Shown here one piece after another: positions 13,480-25,729 of a DNA stretch of 64,000 nt. The DNA is from Camelus dromedarius. Taxonomy: Eukaryota. Below the pieces are notes generated by a model that saw only the letters and a list, made by a program, of their open reading frames with translations, ran no database searches and was not told the origin of the DNA. Position 1 is the stretch's first letter. Every line of letters starts with the position of its first letter. The position numbers and the translations under genes are program-made. The DNA lies in contig NC_087436.1 in NCBI RefSeq assembly GCF_036321535.1, positions 27,282,001 through 27,346,000 of the forward strand, given 5' to 3'.

Positions 13480-14690
13480 TTCAGTAAATTTATTATTTTG
13501 CATTCTAAATAAGAAGAATTATAAATCAAAATCCATGCATTCACCATTGAACTCACCAATTCAGACGTCTGTGTTCTCTTCTCAGTTCAACATCCTTATT
13601 GCCCATTTTTCCTGTCAGAAGGAAAATGCACACTTTAATTGAGATTTACTGTTTAAAGACATTAAAAATGTTTTTTACTCTATATAGATTTATTCCTAAG
13701 GAATACGTTATTTTTTATATATTTTAAAACTTTATGTAGCTGGTACAGTGCTCTCTGACTTCTGGAAATTGCATTTTTCGTCCCCCAAAACTGATTTGAG
13801 TGACATACATGTTGATGTGTGTGACTCTGTTTCATTTAATCTGCTATTGCATTCCATTATATCCATTCTTTCATTGTTGCACACCTATGAGAATGTCCCT
13901 AGTGTTCACTCATAGGAGTAAAGATTTAGTGGTAATAAAATAAATGATGCTTTCAAATTCAATAGATCTTGTCCAAGAGTTTTCAAGGATGACTGTACTA
14001 AATCACATTGCATTAGCAGTTTATGAGCTTCCCATTATTGTACAAGCAGTGCCACATACACTGTTTTCGGATTTTTAAAGAGCCAACTATATCTTGGATA
14101 TGAAATTTTATCTCTGTCATTTTAGTTTCTATTTTCCTGATTCATTTCACCTATTTATTGATTATTTAGGTTTATTTTCCTATATATAGTTTTGTCATGT
14201 ATTTTATCTGTTTTACTATCATATTTAACCTGTTGATTTGTAAAAGTTCTTTACATATTATTAAGTGAATTAAATATATGCATGGATAATCATTATTATT
14301 AACACCAATCTTTTGCAATATATTCTTCCAAAACGTAACTATCTTTATTCTTTTATGGTGTCTTTTGATACCCAAAGTTTATAATTTAATGTTGCCAAAG
14401 TTTAGGTATCTTTCTGTATTATTAATACTTTTTATAAAGAAGTCCCCTTGTAATTTATTTGTATTTTTGTCATTTATTGTGTTTATTGTATTAAGGCATA
14501 TATCCAGTAGAAACTGAATTTTCTTTGTGATGTGAGGTAAGGATTTTTTTTCCCCTCATGGATGATTAAACATTTCTAGTTATCCCTTACCCATTGCTGT
14601 GCAAGGGTACTTTTAAGCCCCTGTTTAGGCCTGGGTTCGTAAGCTCTCTCTCTTGTGTCCTGCTGATCTATTTGTTTATTAGTGAAGCAA
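13480..14690 (-). mobile_element. Ancient L1 3' UTR/ORF2 fragment
   Basis: ttgatttgtaaaagttctttacatatt; ttgcaatatattcttcca; tgtgatgtgaggtaaggattttttttcccctcatggat. ORF 14172-14375 retains W(K)NILQ and ICKELLQIN remnants of ORF2. Confidence 0.7.
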
Positions 14691-14699
14691 ATAATTGGG

Positions 14700-16472
14700 A
14701 TCCTCTAGACTTTACAGGTTTGCTCTGGCAGAGACAGTTCTTAACCAGTCAGCTTAGTTTGGATTTCTGGGTATGTTTGCTGGTAATGTTCTTGGGCAGG
14801 TGGGGCCTCCGATTATGGTCTGTTTTGAAGAGAGGCAACAGTTAAGCTCTTAGGATGGGAATGGGGATAGTGTGCCACTGGCTGAGAACCTCTGGACAGG
14901 ACTTCTGGCTCTGTTACCTCCCCTAGTGATGCTGTAGGGCAGGCTCCAGAGATGGCTGAATTCTCTGGCCAGGCCGACTAGATGACTGAGACTGGGTACT
15001 ATTATCAGTAGTGGATGAGGCTCTGAATTAGCTTCCCTGCCCTGACTGGGCAGCAGGGTGAGATCCAGGGCCTGTACAGCTCGCTGTTTGGGGACCCACA
15101 CTAGTCCGGATTGTGCACTGAATTCCCTGGTCAGGTGAGGCTAGCAATTTTGCTGTGCAGATAGGGGAAGATACAGGCTACTCTCTGTTCAGGTGCCACT
15201 GTATGGAGGGATGTTGATGGGGCAATGCAGCTTCCTGTGTGCTCGGGTCAGATTCCGTGATCAGATAGGCTGAAGGCTGTATTCAGCAATGAGCAAGGCT
15301 ATAAATTAGATTCCCTACCTAGGCACAGCAAGAGAAGCAGCTCTAAAGCCAATAAAGCTTTTTGTTGTCTTAAGTCAAGCTGACCCACACCCTAAATTTC
15401 CTGACTGAACAGGCCCATTGGCTTTGCACTGCAATTTTCAGGTCTGCCTGCCTCTTTTTCTCTAGTGCTGCTGGGCCAAATGGTTTCCAGGAGTTGTCTC
15501 CATCCTTTCTGGTCAGGTGGGTCCGGAGACACTCTCCACAGTGGGTGAGGCTATGTCAGCTCTCTTGCCTGGGATGGAGAGGGAGTGGCCACTCCAGGCT
15601 ACCCTCAACTTCCCAACAGGCTCTCACATTAAGAGGGGCCAGGAGTTACCCTCAACCTTGGCTATAAATTAACCCCCTCGCCTGTCTGTAGCAAAGGGAT
15701 GCCCCACTCTCAGTACCGGCTTTGCTTTGTGGGTGGTCAGCCCTGCTCGCCTCTTCTCCTCTCAAGCACCACTGGACTTATGGCTTTTAGGAGTTGTCAG
15801 CAGCCCTTCTGGTAAGCTGGGGCTGGAAGACACTCTCCACAGAGGGTGGGGCTGTGATTCAGCTCCTTGCCTAGACATGGCCAACCCTGGGCCGTGGGGC
15901 CAGCAAAACCTTTCATCTGAAGATCCTTAATAGGGCAGATCTACACCCCACCGAGTTACCTGGTTAGAGTGCACCCTCAACTTGGTTCTGCAGCTAAGCA
16001 AAGCCTCTGATTGAGATTACTACTTGGACACTGCAGGTGTGAACTCAACCTTGCAAGTTTTTACAAGCCCCTCCCCCTTCTCCATCACGTTCAGATTCCT
16101 CTGCATTCCTTGTGGTGCAAGATCAGAGTTCAAGCACTTGCAAAGTGACCCACAGTGGTGGAGAGGGACTGGTTGTCCCCTCTGGGTTCTCTCTTTCCAC
16201 TGGAGGAGCTGGAGGCTCAGGGGAGAGCTCTCTGCATCATGCCGTGATGGTCTGGGGAGAGGGGCAGTGCAGTCAATATGCAGCCACTTCTCTCAGCTCC
16301 TAATGCAGTCTGTCCTGGGCTCTGTGGTGCAGGGAATGCTTCAGCCTCAACCCATGTTCTAGGATTCTCTCAGTGGTGTCTTGGTCTTGAATAGTTGTTA
16401 GTGGTTCTCCTCGTGTGAGGGGAGCAAAGTCAGGAACAATTTAAATCATCATCTTGGTGAGGTCATGTCTCC
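14700..16472 (-). mobile_element. GC-richer L1 5' UTR (L1M3/L1MA9-type 5' end) with internal tandem repeat
   Basis: Right end catcatcttggtgaggtcatgtctcc reads ggagacatgacctcaccaagatgatg on the minus strand, similar to the L1 5'-terminal GTGACGTCANCAAGATGGC motif. Abrupt rise in GC. A roughly 300-bp internal repeat is present. Confidence 0.7.
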
Positions 16473-16850
16473 TGAAATGTCTTTTTATGGGGTTGAAAAG
16501 TGTCCTCTAATATCTCATTTGCTAAGGGTTTCATTGTTTATTTTAACCACATTGCATTTTTGAATATTATCAAAATATATATTTCTGTTTCTCTGCCTTG
16601 AGTAGTCATTTGTTTCTTATCCTGTTAATTTTATAAATTACATTAATGTGTGTATATATATGTGCTTGTGTGTGTATAAAATAACTTACTGTTTGTTGCA
16701 AGTATGTTCATAAGTAAGATTGGATGGTAATTTACTTCTCTTTAATATCTTTATCTGATTTTCATTACAAGGTACATTACCCTCATAAGTATTACTGGGA
16801 AGTGGGATCTTTCAGGTCTTTTCTCTTGTTATATTCCATAGAACAGTGTG
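16473..16850 (-). mobile_element. Ancient L1 ORF2 fragment
   Basis: ttgaaaagtgtcctctaatatctcatttgctaagggttt; ttgcaagtatgttcataagtaagattgg; acattaccctcataa. Confidence 0.6.
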
Positions 16851-17784
16851 AAATTATACACCAATGAATATGATAAATAAACTCGGATTATAAATTCTTA
16901 GTGGAGACATTTTTCTCAATGTGAGAACAGTTCTGAAACCTACATTTGGCTTATTTTCTCCATTTTCTGTGCAATAGATTTTTTTTTTTACAGCTGTTTT
17001 TTTCCAGAGGGTGTTTCTTTAAGGGACCTTGCAATGTACAAGTCTCAATTCCACTCCCCCTTTCCCACTCTGTGTGCTGACACGAAGGTACCTGCCCTTA
17101 GCTGCTTAAAAACTTAAAGCTCTGGGTCTTGCTATCAGTGAATGCTACCAGGAGAGCCCCGGCTCCTTCCTTGCTCACCCACTTCAGTTTTTATGTCTTG
17201 AACCTTTTCAGTCTAGGCAGTTTTACATATAAACATGCAATTAAAATGATGTTTGTTATATTTATGCAGCAACTTTAGGTGTTTTGTTGTGGGGGATTTT
17301 CTCAGACATTTAATTTTTGCTATGGTGAAAAAGAGAGATCCCACATAATTTTAAAGATTCATAAATTTAGTTGTAAAGACCATTTTGAAAATGTTTTAGA
17401 GAAGAAAAAGTATCTTACGGGTATATGAGAAACTTTCACCATTTATGTTTGTTTTAAGTCTTTTAACAATATAGCATAATTGTTACATTATTTCATTTGA
17501 GTGACCTAATTACTAAGGAATGTTTATATTTTTCACATGCAGTAAGCTTTGAAAAAGAAAAGCTTTCATCATTTTAGAAGAAATGGTAGTTAAATGATAT
17601 TTGATTACAACCACAGCATTAAGAAACAATTCTATAAAACCCAAAATCAAAAGAAAAGAAAAATTAGAAGGTATTACTAAAGCTGAAGACTCAGAAGTAA
17701 TTTTAGAAATGCATACCCACAGTTCTCTTTGGATATTTATCTAGTAGAATAAAACAAGAAGTTAATGACTTTGAGGGACCAGAC

Positions 17785-18685
17785 CACTCATTACTCACTC
17801 GTTTAAAACTTTTTTGATTTGTTTCTCTAGTGCCTAACTCAGTTTTTGAGATATAGCAATACATAAGAAAGACAAAATATGTTCCCTCGTTAAGCTTGCC
17901 TATGTTATGATAAACAAGGCTGAAAATCAGTTAGTAAAAATATAAAATATAAATAAAACTCATGTAGTGAAAAGTGCTAGGAAGGAAAAGCAGAGCAGGC
18001 AGCCAGAGGGATGGGAGCAATTTTAAAATGTTTGCCAAGGAAAGCCTCTTTGGGACATGTCATTTTTAGCAGAGACATGATGATGTGAAGGAAAAAGCCA
18101 TTATGAAATCTGGGGAAGACGTGTTCTAAAGATATAAAAATGAGAGCAGAATGAGCCTGATGTGTTCAGAAGACATTGGCATTGGCAGTGTGGTTGGCAT
18201 GTGAGAGCCTGGGAGAAAGTGGTGAATACTGAGTGGGGAGAGGAAGGCAGGGGTCAGATCAGATATCGGCTTTCGGGTGGGCTGTCCGCATAATTCACTG
18301 CTCTACAAGGACAGTTTTGAACAACAACAGACATAAACCATGACTGTCCCAGGTATTCCAGGTCACATTGCTGCACTGACTACAAACAAGATAGGGAATT
18401 TGTATTTTACCCTACGTGTGATAGAAAAACTTCCGAATGCTTTCTGTGGAGGATTCATGTAAGCTGATTTGTACCTAAGAGTCCACTCTGGGCTTTCCCA
18501 TTCATTTATTTTATACTTTGGAACTGAATATGTAGGAAAAGACCTGAGACAGCATGAGAGGAAACAGTGAGACCGATTAAGAGGCCCCCTGGGCCATTCA
18601 AGAGGGAGAAGATGGCTGTTCAGGGTAGGAGGGGAACTGTGATTACTTGCAGATTTGGAAGTGTCAAGAATCTTCAGAAGGAGCA
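17785..18685 (-). mobile_element. L2 LINE 3' portion, interrupted by a MER94-like insert
   Basis: actcattactcactcgtttaaaac tail remnant; aagtgctaggaaggaaaagcagagcagg; ggaaagcctctttgg; atctggggaagacgtgttc. Confidence 0.75.
18272..18368. mobile_element. MER94-like hAT-Blackjack DNA transposon remnant
   Basis: ggacagttttga...ataaaccatgactgtcccaggtattccaggtcac resembles the MER94 consensus. Confidence 0.5.
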
Positions 18686-18720
18686 AGTAATAAACTTACT
18701 TTAGTAATGAAATAAATATT

Positions 18721-18755
18721 TGTGTGTGTGTGTGTATGTATGTATGTATATATAT
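18721..18755. repeat. (TG)n(TATG)n(TA)n microsatellite
   Basis: Direct run. Confidence 0.9.
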
Positions 18756-18954
18756 TTGTTCAAGTATAGGTAATATGAAACTACAATGTTTTAGCTAGCT
18801 ATGGACTCAAGGTTAATAACGTTTATTTTTTTAAGGTACAATAATTATTCTGCAGATTAAAAGCAATCGTGTTACTACTATGGCCTTTATATTGTGTAAT
18901 GTCATTTTATGTTTTTCCTTTTAACTCATAAGAAGATTAAGGATATTTGATACA

Positions 18955-19212
18955 CTGGAAACAGCATGAACTCTGGAGCTAGCCATCGTTTACATTGTGT
19001 GTCTGTCACTTGCAGCTGTGTATTTTTTACACATTCCCTAATTTTCCTGAGCCTCAGTTTATATAAGACAATCTATATAAGCTGCAGTGTGGTTAAGAGG
19101 ATTTAAAGAGCTGACAAATTTAAAGAACACAATATAGAGACTGTTTCATCCTAAACTCCCCAGAGAATGGTAACTATTTGTTGTCATCTTCATCATCATC
19201 CTCATCATTATC
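18955..19212 (+). mobile_element. MIR SINE with (CAT)n tail
   Basis: agcatgaactctggagctag...cacttgcagctgtg...ttcctgagcctcagttt...gaggatttaaagagc. Confidence 0.75.
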
Positions 19213-22200
19213 ACTTTACTGCTCATTGAGATCTGGACCATGATGTTTCTGTCAGGGCCAGGTTTTGAAAATGGATATTGTATTCATCCAAGTAAATGAA
19301 TAGGATTCTTATAAAAGTATCCACCAACTCAGCTTCTTGAAGACTCCTAAAAATAGAAGTTAGTAATTTTAAGTTTTAAATCAGAGCTATTTATATAGAA
19401 TTTTCCATAGGATTTTTTTTTAAAGGAAAAAGGGTGTGAATTACCTTGAATTACCTTGCCTATTCTGCTTTTTATATTACTAAGTGCTAAGAAAGAGAGA
19501 GAGAAAGAGTGCACAAAAGGGAGATGGGGATGAGCAATTTTATTATTCCTGTTATTATTATTAATATTGGAGAATGGCATGTTTATAAAAAGTGTTTCCA
19601 TATTCCTTAGTGTATTGAATCTTTATTAAATTCAGTAAAGTAGTATTTTTATTAATTATTATTTATTTTATTATATAGTAACATTTCAACTATTTTATGA
19701 AACAGGACACATAATCATAGAGATTAGCTAATCTGTTCAGGATTATACAGTAAATTAATGATAAAAGTTGCATAGCAGTGTATGTTATATAGTCTCACTT
19801 AAACTCTCAATGTTATTAAGTCACAAATAAGAGCCATATGGGTAATAAGGCTTGGTTTCTTTATAAAATTTTATGTAATTAAAAAATGCTTTATCAATTC
19901 TATTTCTTTATTTTAGAGTCTACCATACTTCTACTATGTTTAAATAAGAATAGTTTTTTTTCTCAACTTTGACCCAATATCTGTAATACTTCAAACCACA
20001 TCAAGAATTAGGCCTGAAACAAAGGTCATAAAGCTGGATGACTGGAAACCTAGTGACATAGCTTTCCTATGATATTATTTTTAACCTCAAAAAAATTGGA
20101 TGTCTTGATTTTTCAGCTTTTTATGAAAACTACAAAATGATATGTTACCACACATACATATGTATGTCAAATTACATGAGGTACATAGATTGCCAGCTAA
20201 TAAATTAGACATATGAATATTAATATTCACAAAAAGAAATAGTTATATTTTGACCACTATATATCTGGCTTTAATTTACTTACTGAAAAATAGTAAACAG
20301 AACACTGCTTCTGAGGACCATTCACATTTTATGGGATATATACATACACATACATATACTCTTCACTTTCCTATTCTCATATTTTTCATCAAGTATCTAC
20401 TGAGAAATCAATTTATATCTCTGAAAATCTTTAATAATCTGAATGTGTATGTTCAAAAATCCTTCACTTCATCTCCAATTTTTAGTATTTTTAGTTCATT
20501 GCGATTATATTTATAAAATAAATAATAATATATAATCTAATCAAAGAAACTTAAATTGATGTGTATTTTATAGTTTTTAATCCCTTTCAAATGTTAAGAA
20601 TGGAGAAAAATAAAATTCAAATAACCATTTTGTAGAAGTAAAATATTAATGCTACCAATCTTCATCAGAATAAAATTTACTCTGGAAAAATTAAAATATA
20701 ATACATATATTACACTAGGAAATATAAAATTGGAATTCCATTTTAGGTAAAATATTGTTTCACTGTGAATTATTAGAGCATTAAAATGCTGAAATGCATT
20801 ATGTTTAAAGTATGAATAATATTCTATCTTTAAATTTTGTGGTATTTTTCAAAAAAGTATTTTAACTCAAAGTTAGGATATTTCTTTGTCAAGATCAAAC
20901 TGACTAAACTTTATCCTTGTGGAGATGAGGTCCTGATAGAGTGTGACTTAAAGAGCACATAGTGCAGTCTCTCCCAAGGTTCTGAATAATCTGCCTTTTT
21001 TTTGGTAAAAGTAACTGTCTTCTATCATATATATTTTGAGTTTATTTATGAAATTGAGGGTGAAATTGATTTATAATAATGATATCTCTTTTGGCCTTAA
21101 ACCATCTTAAAGTAAGTTTTAACACATCACTTTTCCATCTGTCATAATGATAATATCATATTCTCTCTAATACTGACTGAAAGTTAACTTTAACCTTCAC
21201 ATCATCTCAATTTGTATTATTTTTAAAGAGGAAAAAGAAGAGGTAAAAACTGTATATGTGAAAAGATACCTTTCGGAATTTTGTTCTGAAAAATAATATT
21301 CATTTAAAAATTTTGGCAAATTGTCCTCTGAGTGAAAATAAAATATTCTTTTAAAGTGCAAATGATCATAAATAAGATGCTAACTTGCTAAAATACAAAG
21401 TGTAACACAATTCATTTGTATTTATATAATTAATTCAATGGCAAATTATATGACCTAGTTTCATGTATGCAATTAGCAGTTCAACTAAACCTCTTACTCT
21501 GAGTTACTGGAAATATATTGGTGCCCATGAGAACCAGCGGGGAACTGTCTATTCTGTTTGCCTTAATAGCAGGTTATGATCAGCTTTAGGATATTTTCAT
21601 TCATTTAGTAATTTATCAACTTTTGAGAACAGTAAAACTATATCTAATACACTGCATAAATCACCACCTCATTTCTAATTAGTAGTAAATAACAGACAAG
21701 AAATAAAAGTGATTCTTTTTTTTCCCCTCTCTCTTAAATTCCTAAGTTAAACTTAATTGGTGAAGAAGCATAAAATAAATGAGTTTTTTTTCCTATAAAT
21801 GAAAAATGATCACTTTATTTTTAACTTATTTTTATGATGGAAGAGTTATTTGATCTTTTGCTCTATTGGTGCAGGTTTAAGGGAGAAGATTTATACCAGT
21901 ACCCAGTACTTTGACTCATATATTAAGCTAATTTTTACATCTCAATTGCATACTTAATAGGAGAAATAGGTGGGATTTTAAATTTTGAACTTAATGTTTA
22001 ATAACTTGAAAATATTCAAAAAATATGAATTAGTCACAATATTTAAACAAAGAAATTGAAATTAGATTTGAATGAGATAAAACATATTTCCTAACCCTCT
22101 GTATTATCACAATTCTATTTTAGTAGCTTTTTTACCAATAATATTAATGTAGTTTTCAGGATTTTTTCTGGTTTTGTAAACCAGATACACATCTTTTTGT

Positions 22201-23578
22201 AATTAAAAAGTTGGCAACAATGTTACATTTTAATGGCATGTTTGTAATTCTTAAAGACTTTATGTTTGATATTTCCCTCCTAAAACCTGAAACAGGTATT
22301 TTTACACAAAATTTAGTTGATTTATATTAAAGAAATGTTATAATTATTTAAATGTAAATTATTTGTTATTAGTCATAAATTCACCCAAATTGTTTACTTA
22401 TGTTTTACCTTAATTGATAAGTATTTCATATTTATTCATCATAAATGAGATAATGAACATATGTTTCTTCTATGGTATTAAACACTATCTATCTGAATGT
22501 CAGCAAAAATTATTTATTTCAGGAAATATATTGCTACCTCATAAAACTAAATGATGGCTTATTTATATTTATTAAGGCTAATTAAGTACACAAATGTTAA
22601 TTCACTCAATGGTGAATTATTTCTCTTTCAGTAGTTTTTAATCATTTTAATACTTTATAACTGGAAGATAATTTTTCCATTTTTCAAATACAGTTGTGAT
22701 CATCAAAAGTAAACTTATTAAATGGTTTGATTTAGCTCCATCCAGAAACATGCATTCTATTCTCAGCCACTCAGTATCATAAGAGATAAAGCAAATTCAA
22801 ACATAGAAGATGCATTTAACCTTTCCTCTTATTCTCTCAAATTTTGTAGTTTCCTAATTTGATATTTTGTAGATGTCAAGCATCTAACATTCCCACCCCA
22901 CCCCAATACTCGAATTTTCTGTATGTGTGTTATCTTGGAGGGAGAGTGTCTGCTATCCAAGGCGTTAGGGACCAGATCCATTCCCACAGCCCCACTTTCA
23001 CTTCCTGGTGACCAGATGCATTATTGTATTCAGCCATCTGATACTCCTCAGAACTACTCTCTGCCACCTACCTACACATTGGTCAGGACTTAGTGAAGAA
23101 AGGATGTTACAGACTGTGAGCAAGTGTTTCTGTCCCTGGCCTTGGATGCAATTCCTGATGCCTAGACTTCGGAACATTCTTAATTCTTATATTTTCTCCA
23201 AGTCTGTACTTCCAAATGATTATCCATCTGGGACTCTGTGATAAATGCCAAGTGAATTCCACTTTTGTGTAAAGTAGCCTAAATGACTTAGTGTTGTATT
23301 TTAGTAGTTTGCCAACAAGTGCCTTTTTGACTTGTATTTTTTTCATATTTTATATTTAATATTGAGACATAATTTTTCCCTCAGTCTATTTTATCTCTTT
23401 GGAGCTTTGCCCTTTTTGGGGGAAAAAAAAGTCCTGATTCTGCAAAGGGTTTCAAAAATATTGTAGTTTTGAGAAGGTATAGATTTTTTTTTTTGAGATT
23501 TAATTACTTTAGTAACTACTATTCTGGCTTCTATCACCTGTTTTAGCTTCATCTCTTGAACTTCATAAAAAGAGTCAG

Positions 23579-24039
23579 TAAAATAATGCCATTTGCAGCA
23601 ACTTGGAGGGACCTGAAGATCATCATTCTAAGTGAAGTAAGCCAAAGAAAAAGAAAAACACCATATGTGGAATCAAAAAAAAAAAAAAAAAGACACAAAT
23701 GAACTTATTTACAAAACAGAAACAAACTTATAGACATAGAAAACAAACTTAAAATTACCAGGGGGTAAAGGAATTGGAAATTTTGGGGAAGGGATAAATT
23801 GGGAGTTCAATATTTGCAGATATGGACTACTATGTATAAAATAGGTAAATAACAAGTTTATACTGTATAACACAGGGAACTATATCCAATATCTTGTAGT
23901 AACCTATAATAGAAATGAATATGAATAGGAATATGTGTATATACATGTATGACCGAAATATCACGCTGTACACCAAAAACTGATACAACATTGTAAACTG
24001 ACTATACTTCAATTTAAAAACAACAACAACAAAAAAAAC
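23579..24039 (+). mobile_element. 5'-truncated young L1 (ORF2 C-terminus, 3' UTR and A-rich tail)
   Basis: ataatgccatttgcagcaacttggagggacctgaagatcatcattctaagtgaagtaagcc (IMPFAATWRDLKIIILSEVS); gggataaattgggagtt 3' UTR; A/(AAC)n tail; TSD core agagtcag at 23571-23578 and 24040-24047. Confidence 0.93.
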
Positions 24040-24049
24040 AGAGTCAGAA

Positions 24050-24494
24050 TGAGACAGGAGGAAAGAGGGCAGGGCATAACCATTGAAGGAATGACACAGC
24101 AACTGAGGAAAGAACAAATTGGTTAGAACCAAGATGGTGGAATATTTGACTTCTAGTAGACCCTGAGCCTCATGGCACATCCATAGGAGCCATGACAGTT
24201 CCTAGGTTGACCATAAAAGGTCGAAAGTGGGCGTGGTCTATTTTCTGGAAATCCACGCCCCTTCTCCAAAGTAGTTGTAATAACCCTCCTACTCATTAGC
24301 AAATGAAATTACTGAGTCCATAAAAGCTAATAACCCCAAACCTCATGGTCTGTCTCTCTCTCTTTCTTGCCTTCTCAGACAGCTTGCACTCTGTCTATGG
24401 AGTGTGTATCTCCCTGAATAAATGTACTTTCACTTTACTATGGCTTGCTCTTGAATTCTTTCCTATGTAAGCAAGAACCTATTCTCCAGCAACA
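24050..24494 (+). mobile_element. ERV1-class solo LTR
   Basis: TG...CA termini (tgagacagg...ccagcaaca); flanking agaa/agat 4-bp near-TSD; aaccaagatgg, ccatgacagttcc, AATAAA at about 24417 and ctcttgaattctttcct...caagaacc U5 motifs typical of ERV1 LTRs. Confidence 0.85.
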
Positions 24495-24499
24495 AGATG

Positions 24500-25130
24500 A
24501 TATGTACTCTTTGGTTATAAATTATTTTTCTTATCATTACACATATAAGCTTCATTCCTATTGTTCAGTGTGGCAGTAGTTGTTTATATTTTATTTCTGT
24601 GTCATATTTGATTGTATAGCTATACCATTGTTATATTGAGTCTACTTTTAAGGAGTATTCAGTTGTTTTGGGAAAAATTTTAAATACAGTTGCTTTGAAC
24701 AGTCTGTACCTATTTTGGAGGGGGTAAACATTTGTGCTATTTACATAGATAGATGACAGATAGATAGATAGCAATATAATATTTGTGTATACTACATAAT
24801 ATATATTTGAAAGTCCTTAGTGAAGAAGAAAAGAGGAAAATGCTTAGCTTCATGTGGATTATTAATTTAAAAAAAAGTTTGCTGAAGTGGTTTTTATCAA
24901 TTCATATGCCCACCAAAAAAATGTGTAATTTTACAGGTGTTAGACATTCTTGCCAATACTTGGTATTATTAACAAGGTATTAGTTCTTTTAATTTTCTAG
25001 TTGATATCTCATTGTGATTTTAATTTGAGTAATAGCCATTTGCTATTTCTTAATTGAAATACCCATAGAATTTCTGGCCCATTTTTAAATTGAGTTTTTT
25101 GTCTTATAATTATTGAGTAACATCTTTATT
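24500..25130 (-). mobile_element. Ancient L1 3' fragment
   Basis: aatttcatatgcccacc-like motif; cattcttgccaatacttggtatt; gatatctcattgtgattttaatttg; cccatttttaaattgagttttttgtctt. Confidence 0.65.
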
Positions 25131-25134
25131 TTTA

Positions 25135-25560
25135 TGTTTTTTTTTATTTTCAAAAATTTATTGAAGTATAGTTGACTTATATTAATCTCAGTTGTATAAC
25201 ACTGTGATTTGATATTTTTATAGATCACATACCATACAAAGTTATTATAAAATATTGACTATATTCCCTGTGCTGTACATTACATCCCTGTAACTTGTTT
25301 ACTTTATAACTGTAGTTCATACCTCTAAATCTCCTTCACCTATTTTGTTCCTCCAACCACTTCCTCCCCATTAGTAAGCACTAGTTTGTTCTCTCCGTCT
25401 ATGAATCTGTTTCTATTTTGTTACATTTGTTCATTTGGTTAGTTTTTGAATCCACATATAAGTGAAAACATAAAGTATTTATCTTTCTCTGTCTGACTTA
25501 CTTTACTAAACATAATACAGATCCATCCATGTTGTTGCAAATGGCAAGATGTTTCTTTTT
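25135..25560 (-). mobile_element. L1 3' end (ORF2 C-terminus and 3' UTR), nested in older L1
   Basis: tttattgaagtatagttgac...tccacatataagtgaaaacat...ctctgtctgacttac...atccatgttgttgcaaatggcaagat (reverse of ILPFATTWMD). Confidence 0.9.
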
Positions 25561-25729
25561 TGTGTTCCATATAATAAATCTTTGCCTAGCCCACCAAGCT
25601 CTTAGGAATAATTTCTTAATGTTTTTTCCTAGAAGTTTTCTAGGAAAAAAAATGAGACTAACCAAGTGTGTATTTTCCCCCAAAGGGAGCTTGCTATTTT
25701 AAAATAAAATTGTAATTAGCATGCAATTA

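Noticed and set aside
14594..16362. Several ORFs in a GC-richer block suggesting a gene or CpG island
   Set aside because: The block is CpG-poor and best explained as an antisense L1 5' UTR. The peptides show no recognisable homology.
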